Of a DNA stretch of 64,000 bases, positions 62,188 through 64,000 are shown in pieces (positions within the stretch are counted from its first letter, which is position 1; each line of letters opens with the position of its first letter). The position numbers were made by a program, and so were the translations under genes. The notes beneath the pieces are model-generated. The model searched no databases. It was not told the origin of the DNA and worked only from the letters and a program-made list of their open reading frames with translations. Origin of the DNA: Lama guanicoe (taxonomy: Eukaryota); NCBI GenBank assembly GCA_013239625.1, contig MU053561.1:2992283-3056282 (forward strand), read 5' to 3'.

Positions 62188-62595
62188 CTCTCACGTTCAA
62201 CGCTCGGTGTCCAAGCAAAATGAGGAGCCTTTGTTCTGAGCCAGAGGTGGTGTCACCAAGAGAAAGGCCCACTGGGGCAAGCTAATCGCCTGTCCTTAGC
62301 TGACCTTCACCCACAGAGCCAGAGGACAGACTCCTGCAGCTTGACATAAGGAGAGCAACCTGAGCAAATGGCAGAGACGGACAGCCTGCCCATCCTAAAG
62401 CATGGGCTTGGCCTGGGGTGGCGTCATGGACACAGGCACCCGGGGCCTTTCAGGAAGGGAGCTCAGTGCCAAGAAGGCGTTTCCAGTTCTGAGGGTAACT
62501 CTCTGTTCCTACCTGCCACTGCCCTGCCCACAAGCCACACTGTGCTGTGACTTACCTACTTGATCATTGGCTCTACCATATGGTCACCTCCTACG

Positions 62596-62701
62596 AGGGT
62601 GACCAGCTGTCCCAGCTTGCTGGGGCTTGACCTGGGTTTGCTGCTGTAAGTCGCATATCGTGGGAAATCCCTAGTCCCAGCAAATAGACAGTTGGCCACC
62701 T
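62596..62701. mobile_element. hAT-Blackjack MITE (MER94/MER81-like)
   Basis: Terminal inverted repeats agggtgaccagctgtc / gacagttggccacct. Confidence 0.65.
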
Positions 62702-64000
62702 CAACTCCTAGACCCAGGTTTTGCAGAGTTCCTGCCTGGCACACAGTAGGCACTTTCCACTGTGCTACTGCTGCAGATGGTGGTCCTGACAGAGCAAGGC
62801 AAAGGAGAAGTTGGGTGGGATCACCAGGGCCAACCAAATCCAACAGACAGAATTTGAGTTTACTTTTAAAAACCTACTCCCTTTGCTTTTTCTCAGAGGA
62901 AAGGGCTGTGATATGTGAGGGAGAAACTCCAGAACAGCCTGTTTCTTCTCCCCTTTCTCCATCTTTGTCCTCCATCCGGTTTCTTCCCCTCCCCCAATGA
63001 GAGGGTGCAATCTAGCACTCGGTCCAGGGCCCTCCCAGAGTCCACAGCAGAGAACTCCATGTTCCAGGGGAGGGTGGGGAAGGCGGCAGGCGTGGTTCTC
63101 TTCTACTCCAGGTGGCTAGCTCGGGGCAGTCAGGCTCAGCAGACACTAACGTGTGGTGTGGCTTGAATCAGGGCAGAAAGCGTTGCTTAAACTAACGTAA
63201 GAAACGTGTAGATTCTTCTTCCCTGCTCTGGACGTTGGGATAAAGGGAAAACTTCTCACCATGGCCCCCACGTCCTGCACTGATTGTTCCTTGTCGACTC
63301 TCCAACCTTAGCGTGAGCCGCTTTCCCCAGCACTCACGGAGGCAGTCACCCTTCCTCCCAGTCCCTAGAAACGCCACTCTCTGTCCTGCCCCAGAGTCTT
63401 CACTCAGGCCATCCCCTCTGCCTGGTTAAGAACAGCAGGTGGCATCTGGCTTAGACGATCACCCTGAGAGGGTGAAACTGAAGCTTTGATGGGAAGGATG
63501 GGACGGGATGACATCCTTGAACTGGGGAGCAGGGATGGACGCAGAGACACTTTCAGGGTGGCAGGTGGCAGCTCTCCTGTCTCCTGGTTAGGAAGGAGCT
63601 AGCGGTGCTGAGAAATACAGACTTCTCACGGGCTTTGGGTTTCAGCGTTTCTGAATGACCCACCGCTCCTCATGCCAAAATCTATCGTTTTCGGTGGGTT
63701 CATTATTTATATGCCACTGGGGAGGAATTAACGCAGGCAGAGCCCTGTTCTAGATAAAAATTGACTGCACAGGTGAAATCCTGCTGACTCGTGTCTCCCA
63801 GCCAACATCTGGATTTGCTGGAGGCTGAATTAACCCAGAGTCTCAACAGGGCCTCTTAGGACTTGGTGACTGTTATTAATAGGCATAGTCTTTCACCTTA
63901 AAGGACAAAGGGCAGGAGTTTGAGTTATTTTCAGCCACAAGATAATGATAAATAAAAACAGGGTTTATCGAAGAAATGCTGAGCTTGTGGCGTGGAGTTT

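Noticed and set aside
1..64000. A novel multi-gene or defence-type system (RT-associated array, CRISPR, operon)
   Set aside because: The only reverse transcriptase is an ordinary broken LINE-1 ORF2, there is no regularly spaced repeat-spacer array, and the DNA is intron-containing mammalian sequence.

Overview
Mammalian genomic DNA, very probably a camelid (camel/alpaca/llama), judged from six copies of a Vic-1-like tRNA-derived SINE. The first ~22 kb hold exons 2-6 of CD58 (LFA-3) on the + strand: Ig-V exon 5164-5460, Ig-C2 exon 12002-12277, transmembrane exon 16503-16574, cytoplasmic exon 19047-19090 (stop TAG), and a 3'UTR exon from 21404 to ~21728. Exon 1 lies upstream of the window. The remaining ~42 kb is intergenic and repeat-rich: one full-length but disabled L1 (28128-35859, with TSD) carrying a nested younger L1 with a 3' transduction, many truncated L1s, ERV LTRs, L2/MIR and hAT/Tigger relics, and a 193-N gap. 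I find no support for a wholly new biological system. The best leads are the CD58 C-terminal splice architecture (GPI vs TM isoform), an inverted-SINE geometry predicting a stop-free circRNA, a ~240 bp inverted duplication in intron 1, and the L1 3' transduction. Comparisons with human CD58 and repeat family names come from memory and need alignment or RepeatMasker confirmation.
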